Shown here piece after piece: positions 24,440 through 33,500 of a stretch of 64,000 nt of DNA. How positions within the stretch are numbered: position 1 is the stretch's first letter; each line of letters starts with the position of its first letter. The notes below the pieces were generated by a model. That model worked only from the letters and a program-made list of their open reading frames with translations. It was not told the DNA's origin and ran no database searches. The position numbers and the translations under genes were made by a program. Source of the stretch: a virus; the IMG/VR virus record IMGVR_UViG_3300047333_000104, positions 3,649 through 67,648 of that record. One strand, written 5' to 3'.

Positions 24440-27400
24440 ATGTCGAAACTTCAGTTTACCCGTCCCCCTTACGTCCTAGCCCACGCTGGCGATCAGGCAG
24501 GATGCGGTTGGTACAGAATCCAGTCGCCCCTCGAAACCCTGATCAAGAAGGGTTTGATCGCCGGCCGCATCGAGTATTCGTTTCTCTCCGACGACATGCT
24601 CCGCGCGTTGAAACCCGATATCGTGGTGTGGCAGCGCCAGTGCGAGGACTACCAGGTCGACGCGATGCGCCGATATAAAGAGGTTCTTCCGGATCTCTAT
24701 ATGGTCTTCGAGATCGACGATGCGCTCTCCAAAGTGCCTGACGCATCATACCACAAGGCGTTCATGCCGCCGAACATCGACGCCAATCTCGCCAATGCGA
24801 TTTCGCTTTGCGACGTGGTCACCGTTACGACGGCGGACCTCGCGGCGCACATGAAAACGGTCAGTGGCGGCGATACGCCGATCCGTATCGTGCCGAACAT
24901 GCTGGCGCAGGAAGACGTCTACAAAGCTGACGCAGCCCGCGTGGCCGCCCGCAAGTTCCGTTCGAAGCTGCGCGTCGGCTGGGGCGGCGGCATCGGCCAT
25001 ACGGGGGATCTTGCCATCCTCAACCGGGCTATCGCGGAACTTGGCGACGAGGTGGAATGGGCATGGGCCGGCATGCAGCCCGAGATGCCGGAGGGTACGA
25101 TCTCGAAATTCTACGGGGCGGTCGCACCGAAGGAATATCTCAGCCTGCTCGCGTCGATGGATCTCGACCTCATGATCGCCCCGATCGAGGACAACGAATT
25201 TAATCGGTGCAAGTCGAACCTGCGACTGATCGAGGGCGGCGCCTGCGGCTACCCCGTGATCGCCAGCCCGGTCGCGCCCTACCTCAACGCTCCGGTGTTC
25301 GCCTATGCCGCCGGCCCCGAGGATTGGGCCGCTAAGATCCGCGAGTTCGCTGCTCTTTCCGCCGAGGAGCGGGGCACCTGGTCTTCCAAAATGCGGAACT
25401 GGGTCGACCGTAAATGGATTCTCGAAGAGAACGCCGAGGCTCGCGCCAAAGCGTGGCTTCCGCCGAAATCCGAACTCTTCTATCCGAGCCCGAACGTCGT
25501 CGGCAAGATCAGCGGCAGCACGATCATCGTGAGCCGCACGCTCGAAGAGGCGGCGCTTGCCCCCTATAAGGTCGTCAAGACCCTGAAGGACGCGCTGACC
25601 AGCAAGGGCCAGTCCGACATTCTTTACGTCCGGCCGAACGTTGTCATGACCGTCGATCAGATCGAAAGGCTGACGAAGCAAGAGAACTTCGATATCGCTA
25701 CGATATCTACGATGAGCAATGACGGCGGTCCGTGCTCCTTTCCGCAGATCGGCCAATTTACCATGCTCGATCCCGGCGCAGCGGACGCGCTCGATCAATA
25801 CTGCGCGCAGCGGCCCGGTACGGCGGCACTGACCGCTTGCGCCGGACCGGCGGTTTTGCTCAAGCGCACCGCGCTTAATGCGATCGGTTGGCCCGACGAG
25901 GACGAAGTTCTCGATCTTGCGCTGATCGAATGGTCGGCAGCGGCGGCCGGTCGAGGGTTCCGCAACATCGTCGATTTCAGCGTGTATGTCGGATGCCCCT
26001 CTCCGACGACTTTTTCGCAAGATATCGCGCACAACATGGCGATGCGGATTAGCATGCGCTGGCCGCAAGTTCAGACCGAGCATGAGAAAATCGCGGAAGC
26101 GCGCAACTTCCTCGAACTTCGTTTTCACCGCGAGTCCTACCGCTACTTGCCGCCGCAGAACCAAGGCGACTACGCGACCTGGAGTCAGGTCATGGACACG
26201 CTCGGCCCGCGCTCGCTCGCGGCCATGAACGAGTGGGACGCGGCCGACATCCGTCCCCTGGTCGTCGCGCATTCTTATGCCAAGGCGCTCACGCTTCCCG
26301 AGACCGGCGATTGGGTGCTGATGCACAAGATGGGCAGCGTCCTTCCCGAGCAGGCGATCCCGCTTTTCGCGGACTTCATCGCCAAGAACCCCGAAGCGAA
26401 AGTGGTCTACGCTGATCACGATTACCTTGATCAGAACGGCGAGCGCCAGGGCCACGATTTTAAGCCGAACTTCGACCTGCATCTGCTCATGGGCCGCGAC
26501 TACGTTACCCCCGTGTTTGCTGCCCGACGCGCCGATCTCGAACAGATCTCGACGCTCGGTAACGTTCCGGCGGAATGCCTACTTTACGAATTCGTTTTGA
26601 GCGCGGTCGCCCAGTTCGGTCGACAGAGCGTCGTTCATCTTCCCTCCATTCTCGCGCACCTTCCGGTGCCCAGAGTCGACGACCTGGCGGAAGCGGCGCG
26701 GATCAAATCGGAGATGGCCACCAAGTTCGCCGCACATATCGGCATGGACGCCCAGGTCAAGCCGCATGCGATCGGCCTCGGCTTGATGGATGTGAGCTTC
26801 GGTCGCGGCAAAACACTCGACATCCCGCACGTCTCGATCATCATTCCGACGAAGAATCGGATCGACATGATCGCCCCATGTCTTGCGACCGTCTTGTCTT
26901 TGACGACCTACCCGAGTTTCGAGGTATTGGTCATCGACAACGGCAGCGACAAGCAGGATGTGCTCGACTATTTCGCGGGGGTTGCGGACAAGCGCGTTCG
27001 GATCATCCAGCATGACGTGCCGTTCAACTGGTCTGAGATCAACAATTTCGCGGTCAAGCAGGCCAAGGGCAGCATCTTGTGCTTTCTCAACGACGATACC
27101 CGCGTTTCGTCCGGAGATTGGCTGACCGAGATGGTCGGCGCCGCGCTCTACGAGGACGTGGGCGCGGTCGGCGCTCGGCTGGTCTACCCGAACGGGACGC
27201 TCCAGCATATCGGCGTCGTCGCACGAGGCGGCATCTGCGGCCACATCCACAAGGGGCTTGCGGCCAATCTGATCGGGTACCACGGCATCGCTATCCTGCC
27301 GCACGAGAACGCCGCTCAGACCGGAGCATGCATGGTCGTTCGCCGCGAAATATACGACCGGATCGGCGGTTTCGACGAATCTTTTTCGAATAACTACAAC

Positions 27401-28249
27401 GACGTGGCGTTTTGCCTAGAAGCGCGCCGTCTCGGCCTGGTTAACGTTTATGCGCCGCGCGCCGAGTTGCAGCATTTCGAGGGCGTATCGCGAGTGTCGG
27501 GCATGACGTCCGAGGGGCAGAAGCTCCTGCATGAGGAGGGCGTCTTGCTCGGCGATAAGTATCCCGAGGACGATCCCTACTGGAACCGCAATCTCGTATT
27601 CGCCGGCCAGAAGGGCGGCATGTACGTCGTCGGCACCAATTACGATATGCTCAATTGGATGCCGCCCGTGTACCCATGGGCCGGCGAACGCGGCGAACCG
27701 CGCCGTGTTCTCCTGGTCGGTCCGACTGAAACGGCGCTCTCCGAACGTCAGGACGGTTGCGCGGTCTTCACACTCGGCATCCGCGGCAACGAAGTGCGGA
27801 TCGTCGATCCGCCGATGGAGAACAGCAAGACGTTCGATCTTCGTTACCCGCAGGAGATGGTCGAGTCTCTCGCCGCCCTCGGGATCGACGAGGTTATCCT
27901 GACTTCGGCAGCCGGCGTCCCGTTGATCGTCTTATCATTCTTGAGCCGCCTCGGGCTTCCCGTCACCTATCGGCCGATCGACGCCGAGATGGTATGCCCG
28001 CGCCTCGACCTGACCGCTTCCGGCTCGCCGTGCGACCGGGGATGGGCGACAGGCGGCTGCCAATCGTGCCTTGACGAACACGGGTCGGCGAATGGTTACG
28101 TGAACCGCATCTCGTGGATGAGCGAATGGGTTCGGTTCACCAGCAACCCCTCGGTAACGATCGATCTCTCGGAGGTCGAAGAGGAACGGTTTGCCGACGC
28201 GATCATGGAAGTGTTTCGGCCGGACGAATTAGTGCGGGCGGCCGAATGA
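24440..28249 (+). CDS. Multidomain glycosyltransferase (GT4-like + degenerate GT2 + GT2), 1269 aa
   Basis: N-terminal GCG.YRI..P, EIDD, VGW.GG..H.GDL, APIEDN.FN.CKSNLRL.E.GACG.PV; later VSIIIPTKN, VIDNGS, FNWS.INN, LCFLNDD, G.FDE....YNDV.FCL. Confidence 0.9.
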   Translation: MSKLQFTRPPYVLAHAGDQAGCGWYRIQSPLETLIKKGLIAGRIEYSFLSDDMLRALKPDIVVWQRQCEDYQVDAMRRYKEVLPDLYMVFEIDDALSKVPDASYHKAFMPPNIDANLANAISLCDVVTVTTADLAAHMKTVSGGDTPIRIVPNMLAQEDVYKADAARVAARKFRSKLRVGWGGGIGHTGDLAILNRAIAELGDEVEWAWAGMQPEMPEGTISKFYGAVAPKEYLSLLASMDLDLMIAPIEDNEFNRCKSNLRLIEGGACGYPVIASPVAPYLNAPVFAYAAGPEDWAAKIREFAALSAEERGTWSSKMRNWVDRKWILEENAEARAKAWLPPKSELFYPSPNVVGKISGSTIIVSRTLEEAALAPYKVVKTLKDALTSKGQSDILYVRPNVVMTVDQIERLTKQENFDIATISTMSNDGGPCSFPQIGQFTMLDPGAADALDQYCAQRPGTAALTACAGPAVLLKRTALNAIGWPDEDEVLDLALIEWSAAAAGRGFRNIVDFSVYVGCPSPTTFSQDIAHNMAMRISMRWPQVQTEHEKIAEARNFLELRFHRESYRYLPPQNQGDYATWSQVMDTLGPRSLAAMNEWDAADIRPLVVAHSYAKALTLPETGDWVLMHKMGSVLPEQAIPLFADFIAKNPEAKVVYADHDYLDQNGERQGHDFKPNFDLHLLMGRDYVTPVFAARRADLEQISTLGNVPAECLLYEFVLSAVAQFGRQSVVHLPSILAHLPVPRVDDLAEAARIKSEMATKFAAHIGMDAQVKPHAIGLGLMDVSFGRGKTLDIPHVSIIIPTKNRIDMIAPCLATVLSLTTYPSFEVLVIDNGSDKQDVLDYFAGVADKRVRIIQHDVPFNWSEINNFAVKQAKGSILCFLNDDTRVSSGDWLTEMVGAALYEDVGAVGARLVYPNGTLQHIGVVARGGICGHIHKGLAANLIGYHGIAILPHENAAQTGACMVVRREIYDRIGGFDESFSNNYNDVAFCLEARRLGLVNVYAPRAELQHFEGVSRVSGMTSEGQKLLHEEGVLLGDKYPEDDPYWNRNLVFAGQKGGMYVVGTNYDMLNWMPPVYPWAGERGEPRRVLLVGPTETALSERQDGCAVFTLGIRGNEVRIVDPPMENSKTFDLRYPQEMVESLAALGIDEVILTSAAGVPLIVLSFLSRLGLPVTYRPIDAEMVCPRLDLTASGSPCDRGWATGGCQSCLDEHGSANGYVNRISWMSEWVRFTSNPSVTIDLSEVEEERFADAIMEVFRPDELVRAAE

Positions 28250-28671
28250 GTATCGACCGCATCTACGGGCCTCTCGAGCATTACGACTATGGCGTCCTCG
28301 ACAGGCATTGTCTCTGCGATCTGTGTCTGGAATGGCGGGCCGCGCAGCGTACCTGGCACGAGTACCAAGACAATAAGCGGAAAAATCCGCAGGATCGAAT
28401 TGCTCACCGCTCCACCTATCTCGCCGCAGTATCGCGGCGAGACCTCTATTGCGAGTCGTCTTGGCACGCATCGGAGAATAGGTGGGGCGAGGACTACATG
28501 GACTGGATCTCTCGGCAGATTACCGAGACAGCAGAGCGATCGAAATACTGGTGGCGGACGGAGGGACTTTCCTCTCCATTGCTTTACTGGTTTCGGCAGT
28601 TCAACGTCTATCGTCGTTCGAACGCTACGGCGGCTTTCGACCCTCCTCTGATCGACCTGCGCGGCGCGTAG
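28246..28671 (+). CDS. Hypothetical protein (141 aa, C.C..C motif)
   Basis: ATGA overlap with GT gene. Confidence 0.6.
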   Translation: MSIDRIYGPLEHYDYGVLDRHCLCDLCLEWRAAQRTWHEYQDNKRKNPQDRIAHRSTYLAAVSRRDLYCESSWHASENRWGEDYMDWISRQITETAERSKYWWRTEGLSSPLLYWFRQFNVYRRSNATAAFDPPLIDLRGA

Positions 28672-28725
28672 CATCTTATGTAACAGCCGGAGCGCGTGAT
28701 ATCCTCCACGCAACGGAGGATATCA

Positions 28726-29316
28726 ATGCTTGAAGCGCGCTGGGCAAAAGGGGTTCTGACGATCACGTCTCTCGCGGCGGACCCTGCATCTGCGGCGATC
28801 GAGATTGTCGGTGCGGACGGCAGCCGTGTTCCGTTCGTCAAAGCGTTTCCTGCCGGCGCGGCGCACATTAAGATCGCGATGGAGCGCCCGCATAGCGTAT
28901 TTTTATCCTCAATTGCGGCGAAAAGCGTTCCGGTACGGACACTTAAACCGATCGACGATACGTACTCGCACCCGCCGTTTCCCTACGACCCACAAGCATT
29001 CGACAAACTTCGCCCGGACCAAGTGCCTCGGTTCCTGGGAGCCTTGACCGATCCAGATCGTCTCGAACATCGCCGCATCAGGCTTAACGACCTTGTCGCG
29101 ATGCAGAACCGCGTCGATCGTGGGAAAGTCGAATCGGCCCGAACTCGCGAGGGCGGCAGACCGCCGGTCGTCGTTCGGATGGATGGACGATACTATATTG
29201 CGGACGGGCACCATCGGATGGCAGCCGCCTATCTAAATGGCGATCAAGATCACGAATGTCTGTTCCTCGACCTTACCCCCGTGAACAACGCAATGAAGGG
29301 CCGCAGCCATGCGTGA
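28726..29316 (+). CDS. ParB/Srx-like domain protein
   Basis: L.AMQ.RVD..KV, PVVVR..GRYYIADGHHR.AA; GGAGG RBS. Confidence 0.8.
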   Translation: MLEARWAKGVLTITSLAADPASAAIEIVGADGSRVPFVKAFPAGAAHIKIAMERPHSVFLSSIAAKSVPVRTLKPIDDTYSHPPFPYDPQAFDKLRPDQVPRFLGALTDPDRLEHRRIRLNDLVAMQNRVDRGKVESARTREGGRPPVVVRMDGRYYIADGHHRMAAAYLNGDQDHECLFLDLTPVNNAMKGRSHA

Positions 29317-30211
29317 AGCCGTACTCATCTCGATCCCCACGATCATCAAAGCGGTGTCTGACGACACGGGGCGGCGCCTGATCTCCGTGGAGGCCAGCAA
29401 CGAGGCCGTCGACAGCGAGGGCGACGTCATCCTGCAGTCTGCACTGATGGGCTCGGCGGCGTCCTTCGTGAAGACGGGTCACATCGACATCGACCACATC
29501 TCGGAACTGGGCGACCGTCTCGGCATCGCTAACCCGACGTCCTACATCATCGGCCGCCCGCTCGAAGTGAAAGACCTCGGCGGCAAACGGACTGGCGTCG
29601 TTGCGGAAATCTTCCGTTCGCATGACGGTAAGGTTGACCCGGCAGCGCATCGATACGACTCGTTCTGGGACAGCCTGCATACCGATCCCCCAGTAATGTG
29701 GCGGTCCTCGATCTACGGTTTCCCGCTTGAAGGTCAGACCGAAGATCACCGCGACAGAGGCGGCAATAAGCGCTTTGTCGTGAAGGGGATCGACTGGCGT
29801 TCTTTGGCCATGACCCGTAATCCGATCAACACTGATATCCGCGGTTACGCCAAGATCGTTACGGCCAAAGCCGCCATCGCTGAGATGATCAAGAGCGGAT
29901 CATTCGGCCCCGGGGTAGGGCAGTCTCCGTTCGATCAGACCAATCCGTTTGGTGTGGAGACGGTCAACTCCGGCTCGGCGCCGGGGGCATACGGGGCATC
30001 GCACACGATGGCGCATCCCCGTAACATGGATGACCTCGTCGGTCAGCACGCGCGCCACATCTCTAAGGACTGCCCTTGGTCGGGAGGCGCGGACACGCGG
30101 TCGGGATTTAAAGCCCACTTTGAAAAATGCTGCGGGTCGCATCCGGACGTCGCGGACATGATGGCGCACGCGTTGATGTACCACCGGCTACTCGAAAAGA
30201 AGCGGGCGTAA
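29309..30211 (+). CDS. Prohead (capsid maturation) protease
   Basis: ASNE.VD.EGD.I, G.IDIDH, IG.P, SIYG, A.T.NPIN; position before scaffold and MCP. Confidence 0.8.
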   Translation: MREAVLISIPTIIKAVSDDTGRRLISVEASNEAVDSEGDVILQSALMGSAASFVKTGHIDIDHISELGDRLGIANPTSYIIGRPLEVKDLGGKRTGVVAEIFRSHDGKVDPAAHRYDSFWDSLHTDPPVMWRSSIYGFPLEGQTEDHRDRGGNKRFVVKGIDWRSLAMTRNPINTDIRGYAKIVTAKAAIAEMIKSGSFGPGVGQSPFDQTNPFGVETVNSGSAPGAYGASHTMAHPRNMDDLVGQHARHISKDCPWSGGADTRSGFKAHFEKCCGSHPDVADMMAHALMYHRLLEKKRA

Positions 30212-30296
30212 CATACCTACTAGACGCCGAAAATAACGCTGTGTGATTATAGAGCGCAATTATCCACCTTCGGCGCTCCTGAAGAGAGGTCACGTC

Positions 30297-31520
30297 ATGA
30301 ATCCCAAACAGATCCTTGAGGCTATCGGCATCCTGGCTAAGGCTCCCGCCGCCGAAGTCGCCAAAATTCTGCAGGACAGCGCCCTCGACAAGGCCGCGCA
30401 GGATCTCACCCACTCGGAGATGGTCGAAAGCCGGTGGGAAGAAGGTCATATGCATGAGCATATCTCGCGTGAGGTCATTCGTACCGGCCCCGAGCAAAAG
30501 GCTTCGGGCGACGGCGCCGAGAAGATGATCCGCGACTATTCGAATGTCGCGACCCAGCAGGCCGGCATCATGCAGCAGGCCGAATCGCTGGCGCGCTTGA
30601 TCGCTCCGATCGCCGCCTCCTCGAAAGCCCAGACCGCCGCGGTCACCGCGCTCATCGAGAACGTCAAGTCGCTCAATGTAACGCTCGCCGCGCTCGTTAC
30701 GGCCAAAGCCGAAGGCGAAGACAAGATGGTCGAAGAAGACGACGAGGACGAAAAGGAAACCAAGGAGATGGCCGCTGAGAAGGCCAAGTCCCTGGTCGCT
30801 CGCGCCAAGATCCTGCTCACCAAAGCCAAGAAGGCCGAGGGTGACGCCATGATGGTCGAAGACGACGAGGAAGAAGAGAAAGCTTGCAAGAAGAAAGCCA
30901 AGGCTTTCCGCAAGCAGGCCGCTGTTCTCCTCGGCAAAGCCCGCACCGCCGCCTTCGTGGCCGGTGATCGCGAGACCCGCAAATCGATCGCCCAGATCGC
31001 CGCCAAGTCCGACATTACCGTCGTCGAGGACGACGAAGATGAGGATGACGACGAGAAGGAGAAGGCGAAAGCCGCCGCCGAGAAAGCCAAGGGCCATGAC
31101 GCCGCCGGCAACCAAGCCGATTTCTCGAACAAGGACGGCAATCAGGACAGCACCGCCGTCAAGGCAGTGAGCGAGATGTCCGGCAAGGTCGAAGAGGCGC
31201 TGAAAGGTTTTGGCATGCTCTCGATGGAACTGAAAGACATGATGAACGTCGTGTCCGGTCGTTCGAAGGGCACGGGCGCCGTTCCCGAGTTCACCAAGTC
31301 TGCCGTCGATCCGACGCTTGCGCTGGTCAACAAGATCGAAGAACTCGAAGACGCCGGACAATTGAGCGACACGGATGCGTTCGCCGCCCGCGACATTGTC
31401 TCGAAGATGACCGCCGCTCGTGCCGGCCAGTTGGACGCTTCGATCGTTCATGATCGGATCGCCAAGTCCACGCTGCCTGTGCAGATGTTGTTCAAGGCCG
31501 CTACCACGGCTGCCGCCTAA
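30297..31520 (+). CDS. Scaffolding-like acidic coiled-coil protein
   Basis: Repeated MVEEDDEDE/KAKA tracts; between protease and MCP. Confidence 0.7.
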   Translation: MNPKQILEAIGILAKAPAAEVAKILQDSALDKAAQDLTHSEMVESRWEEGHMHEHISREVIRTGPEQKASGDGAEKMIRDYSNVATQQAGIMQQAESLARLIAPIAASSKAQTAAVTALIENVKSLNVTLAALVTAKAEGEDKMVEEDDEDEKETKEMAAEKAKSLVARAKILLTKAKKAEGDAMMVEDDEEEEKACKKKAKAFRKQAAVLLGKARTAAFVAGDRETRKSIAQIAAKSDITVVEDDEDEDDDEKEKAKAAAEKAKGHDAAGNQADFSNKDGNQDSTAVKAVSEMSGKVEEALKGFGMLSMELKDMMNVVSGRSKGTGAVPEFTKSAVDPTLALVNKIEELEDAGQLSDTDAFAARDIVSKMTAARAGQLDASIVHDRIAKSTLPVQMLFKAATTAAA

Positions 31521-31551
31521 GCCCACCATGTGCCGAGAGAGGATTTGACAA

Positions 31552-33342
31552 ATGCCCGATGGTAACTTCAGCCACATGGTGCCCAAGGCGGAACGCGATT
31601 TCGCGATCTCCAAAGCCGTCGATACGATGGCTCGGTTCGTCAACCCGAATGACCCGCTGCGCGACTTCTATCTGAGCGTCGCGGGCTATCGTCCGGAACT
31701 GACCGAGCAGATCCAGGCGAAGACGGCGCCGGAGATCGCCAAGGCGAATGCGATCGCCAAGATCTTCCGTTCCAACACCCGCGCCGCTCGGTTCGCGACC
31801 AAGAAGGAACTCGTCGAGAAGGGCGCCCTCTCGAAGGCGCAGCTTGACGTCGGTTCGCTCACCAACTTCGCGCAGATTACCGGCGGCCAGTCGCTCGGCT
31901 ATGTCTCGCTCGATACTCAGATGGCCCGCGGCACGGTGCGCCCAAACAGCTTCACGCTGTATCAGGCGCTCCACAAGTCGGCCGCTTTCCAGGTCGTCGA
32001 CTACTGGCCGTACGCTTCCGATACCGGCGGCGGTCTGCCCGGCACGGCATTCAGCGGCTTCAGCAACGTGTCCTCGGGCACCCTGTCGACCTCGGCCGGC
32101 ATCTACTCGCTGAACAACATCACGCTGAAGCTGGCCGTCAACGGTCGCGCGATCACCACCGCCCTGGCCGCCCAGAATTCCTTCGTGGATGTCTCGGCCC
32201 AGGAGAACATCAACGCGGCGCTGACGGTGCTGGAATCGGTCAACTGGTCCTGCTACTGGGGCAACCCTGCGCTCTACCCGAACCAGTTCCAGGGTATCGC
32301 GGGCGTCATTCCCGCCACCAACATCTTCGACTACCAGGCGTTCTACAACAACTTCGCCACGGCGCAAGGCTGGAGCGCCGCGCAGGCGATGTTCAACCTG
32401 ATCTACGAAGCCTCGGCGAAGATCACCGGCTACCGTCAGTACGGTCGCATCACGCACGCTTTCATGTCCCCGGTTTGCGCCGGCAGCTTGCAGGGCCTCG
32501 TGACCACGCTGCTGAACAACATCACCAACAACATCACGCCCGCCCAAGAACGTCTGCACGGCGTGATCGTCGATGGCGATCTGCAGGGCATCCGGACCCG
32601 CTTCGGCGAGATCCAGTTCCCGATCGACTTCTACATCACCGCTCGTGACAAGCCGGCCCAGACCGTCGTGTACGGCAACGGCACGAACGCCGCGTTCACC
32701 AGCAGCCCGACTCCCCCGACGTCCGTCGCCGCCGCCCTGGTTACGGGCGTGGTTTCGGGGTCCGCGTGGACGTCCGCCTATGTCGCCAGCAGCGGTATTT
32801 ACAGCTACGCGGTCGCCGGCTGCGATCAGCTGATGAACGAATCGTACCTGACCTTCGTGTCCTCGGGCGGCGTCGCCGCTTCGGGTCTGGCGGTCTCCGG
32901 CGTCACCGTCGCCAGCGGCGCCTACCAGCTGACGATTACCCCGGCGGACACCTCGTGCCAGGCGTTCCGCGTTTACCGCAGCGGCCTCGGCTACGCTCCG
33001 GTTGGTTCGGGCAACGCGAACCCCGCTTCATACCGCTACATCGGTTCGGTGCTGGCGTCGGGTTCGTCTCCCGTCACCTTCACGGACCTGAACACGTACA
33101 TCCCCGGCAGCGAGACGGTCTTCCTGCTCGATCTCGACGAACAAGACAATGCGATCGATTTCCGCTTCCTGCTGCCGCTGACGCGCATAGAGCTGTTCGC
33201 TCAGTCGCTATACATGCCCTGGGCCGTAGCAGAAATTGGTAGCGTAAGAGTTCGCATCCCCAAGTTCAATGGGTATGTGAAGAACTATGTTCCGGATTCG
33301 ACGGACTTCAATCCCTTAGCTCCGAACGCTCTCGCGACCTAA
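31552..33342 (+). CDS. Major capsid protein (SPO1/Twort-type with inserted beta domain)
   Basis: Highly codon-biased 596-aa ORF; YSYAV...ES, LTI, FRVYR, FTD.N.YIPG..VF, LLPL..I.L; probable KA cleavage of an N-terminal propeptide. Confidence 0.88.
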   Translation: MPDGNFSHMVPKAERDFAISKAVDTMARFVNPNDPLRDFYLSVAGYRPELTEQIQAKTAPEIAKANAIAKIFRSNTRAARFATKKELVEKGALSKAQLDVGSLTNFAQITGGQSLGYVSLDTQMARGTVRPNSFTLYQALHKSAAFQVVDYWPYASDTGGGLPGTAFSGFSNVSSGTLSTSAGIYSLNNITLKLAVNGRAITTALAAQNSFVDVSAQENINAALTVLESVNWSCYWGNPALYPNQFQGIAGVIPATNIFDYQAFYNNFATAQGWSAAQAMFNLIYEASAKITGYRQYGRITHAFMSPVCAGSLQGLVTTLLNNITNNITPAQERLHGVIVDGDLQGIRTRFGEIQFPIDFYITARDKPAQTVVYGNGTNAAFTSSPTPPTSVAAALVTGVVSGSAWTSAYVASSGIYSYAVAGCDQLMNESYLTFVSSGGVAASGLAVSGVTVASGAYQLTITPADTSCQAFRVYRSGLGYAPVGSGNANPASYRYIGSVLASGSSPVTFTDLNTYIPGSETVFLLDLDEQDNAIDFRFLLPLTRIELFAQSLYMPWAVAEIGSVRVRIPKFNGYVKNYVPDSTDFNPLAPNALAT

Positions 33343-33366
33343 CTTTCTCGGTTGCTCTCGAGCACT

Positions 33367-33398
33367 AAAGGCCCGCTACGTAGCGGGCCTTTTCTTTT
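33367..33398 (+). terminator. Rho-independent terminator after MCP
   Basis: AAAGGCCCGCTA CG TAGCGGGCCTTT followed by TCTTTT. Confidence 0.9.
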
Positions 33399-33407
33399 GA
33401 ATAGCTA

Positions 33408-33500
33408 TTGCGCAAAAAGTTTCATCGTGGCATAACAGGCGTGCCCTTTCCTCCACAGAAGGGGCACGCCCTAACCTACCCGTGAGAAGAGACCTCACCG
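33408..33500 (+). promoter_or_regulatory. Promoter and hairpin leader of HNH gene
   Basis: TTGCGC-17-CATAAC; hairpin 33438-33470; SD hairpin GTGAG-AAGAGAC-CTCAC 2 nt before ATG. Confidence 0.6.

Noticed and set aside
24746-26482. Long antisense or alternate-frame ORFs (also 15178..15894, 18602..19489, 30108..31643, 31501..32559, 42858..43853)
   Set aside because: Shadow ORFs of high-GC genes with no motifs or RBS
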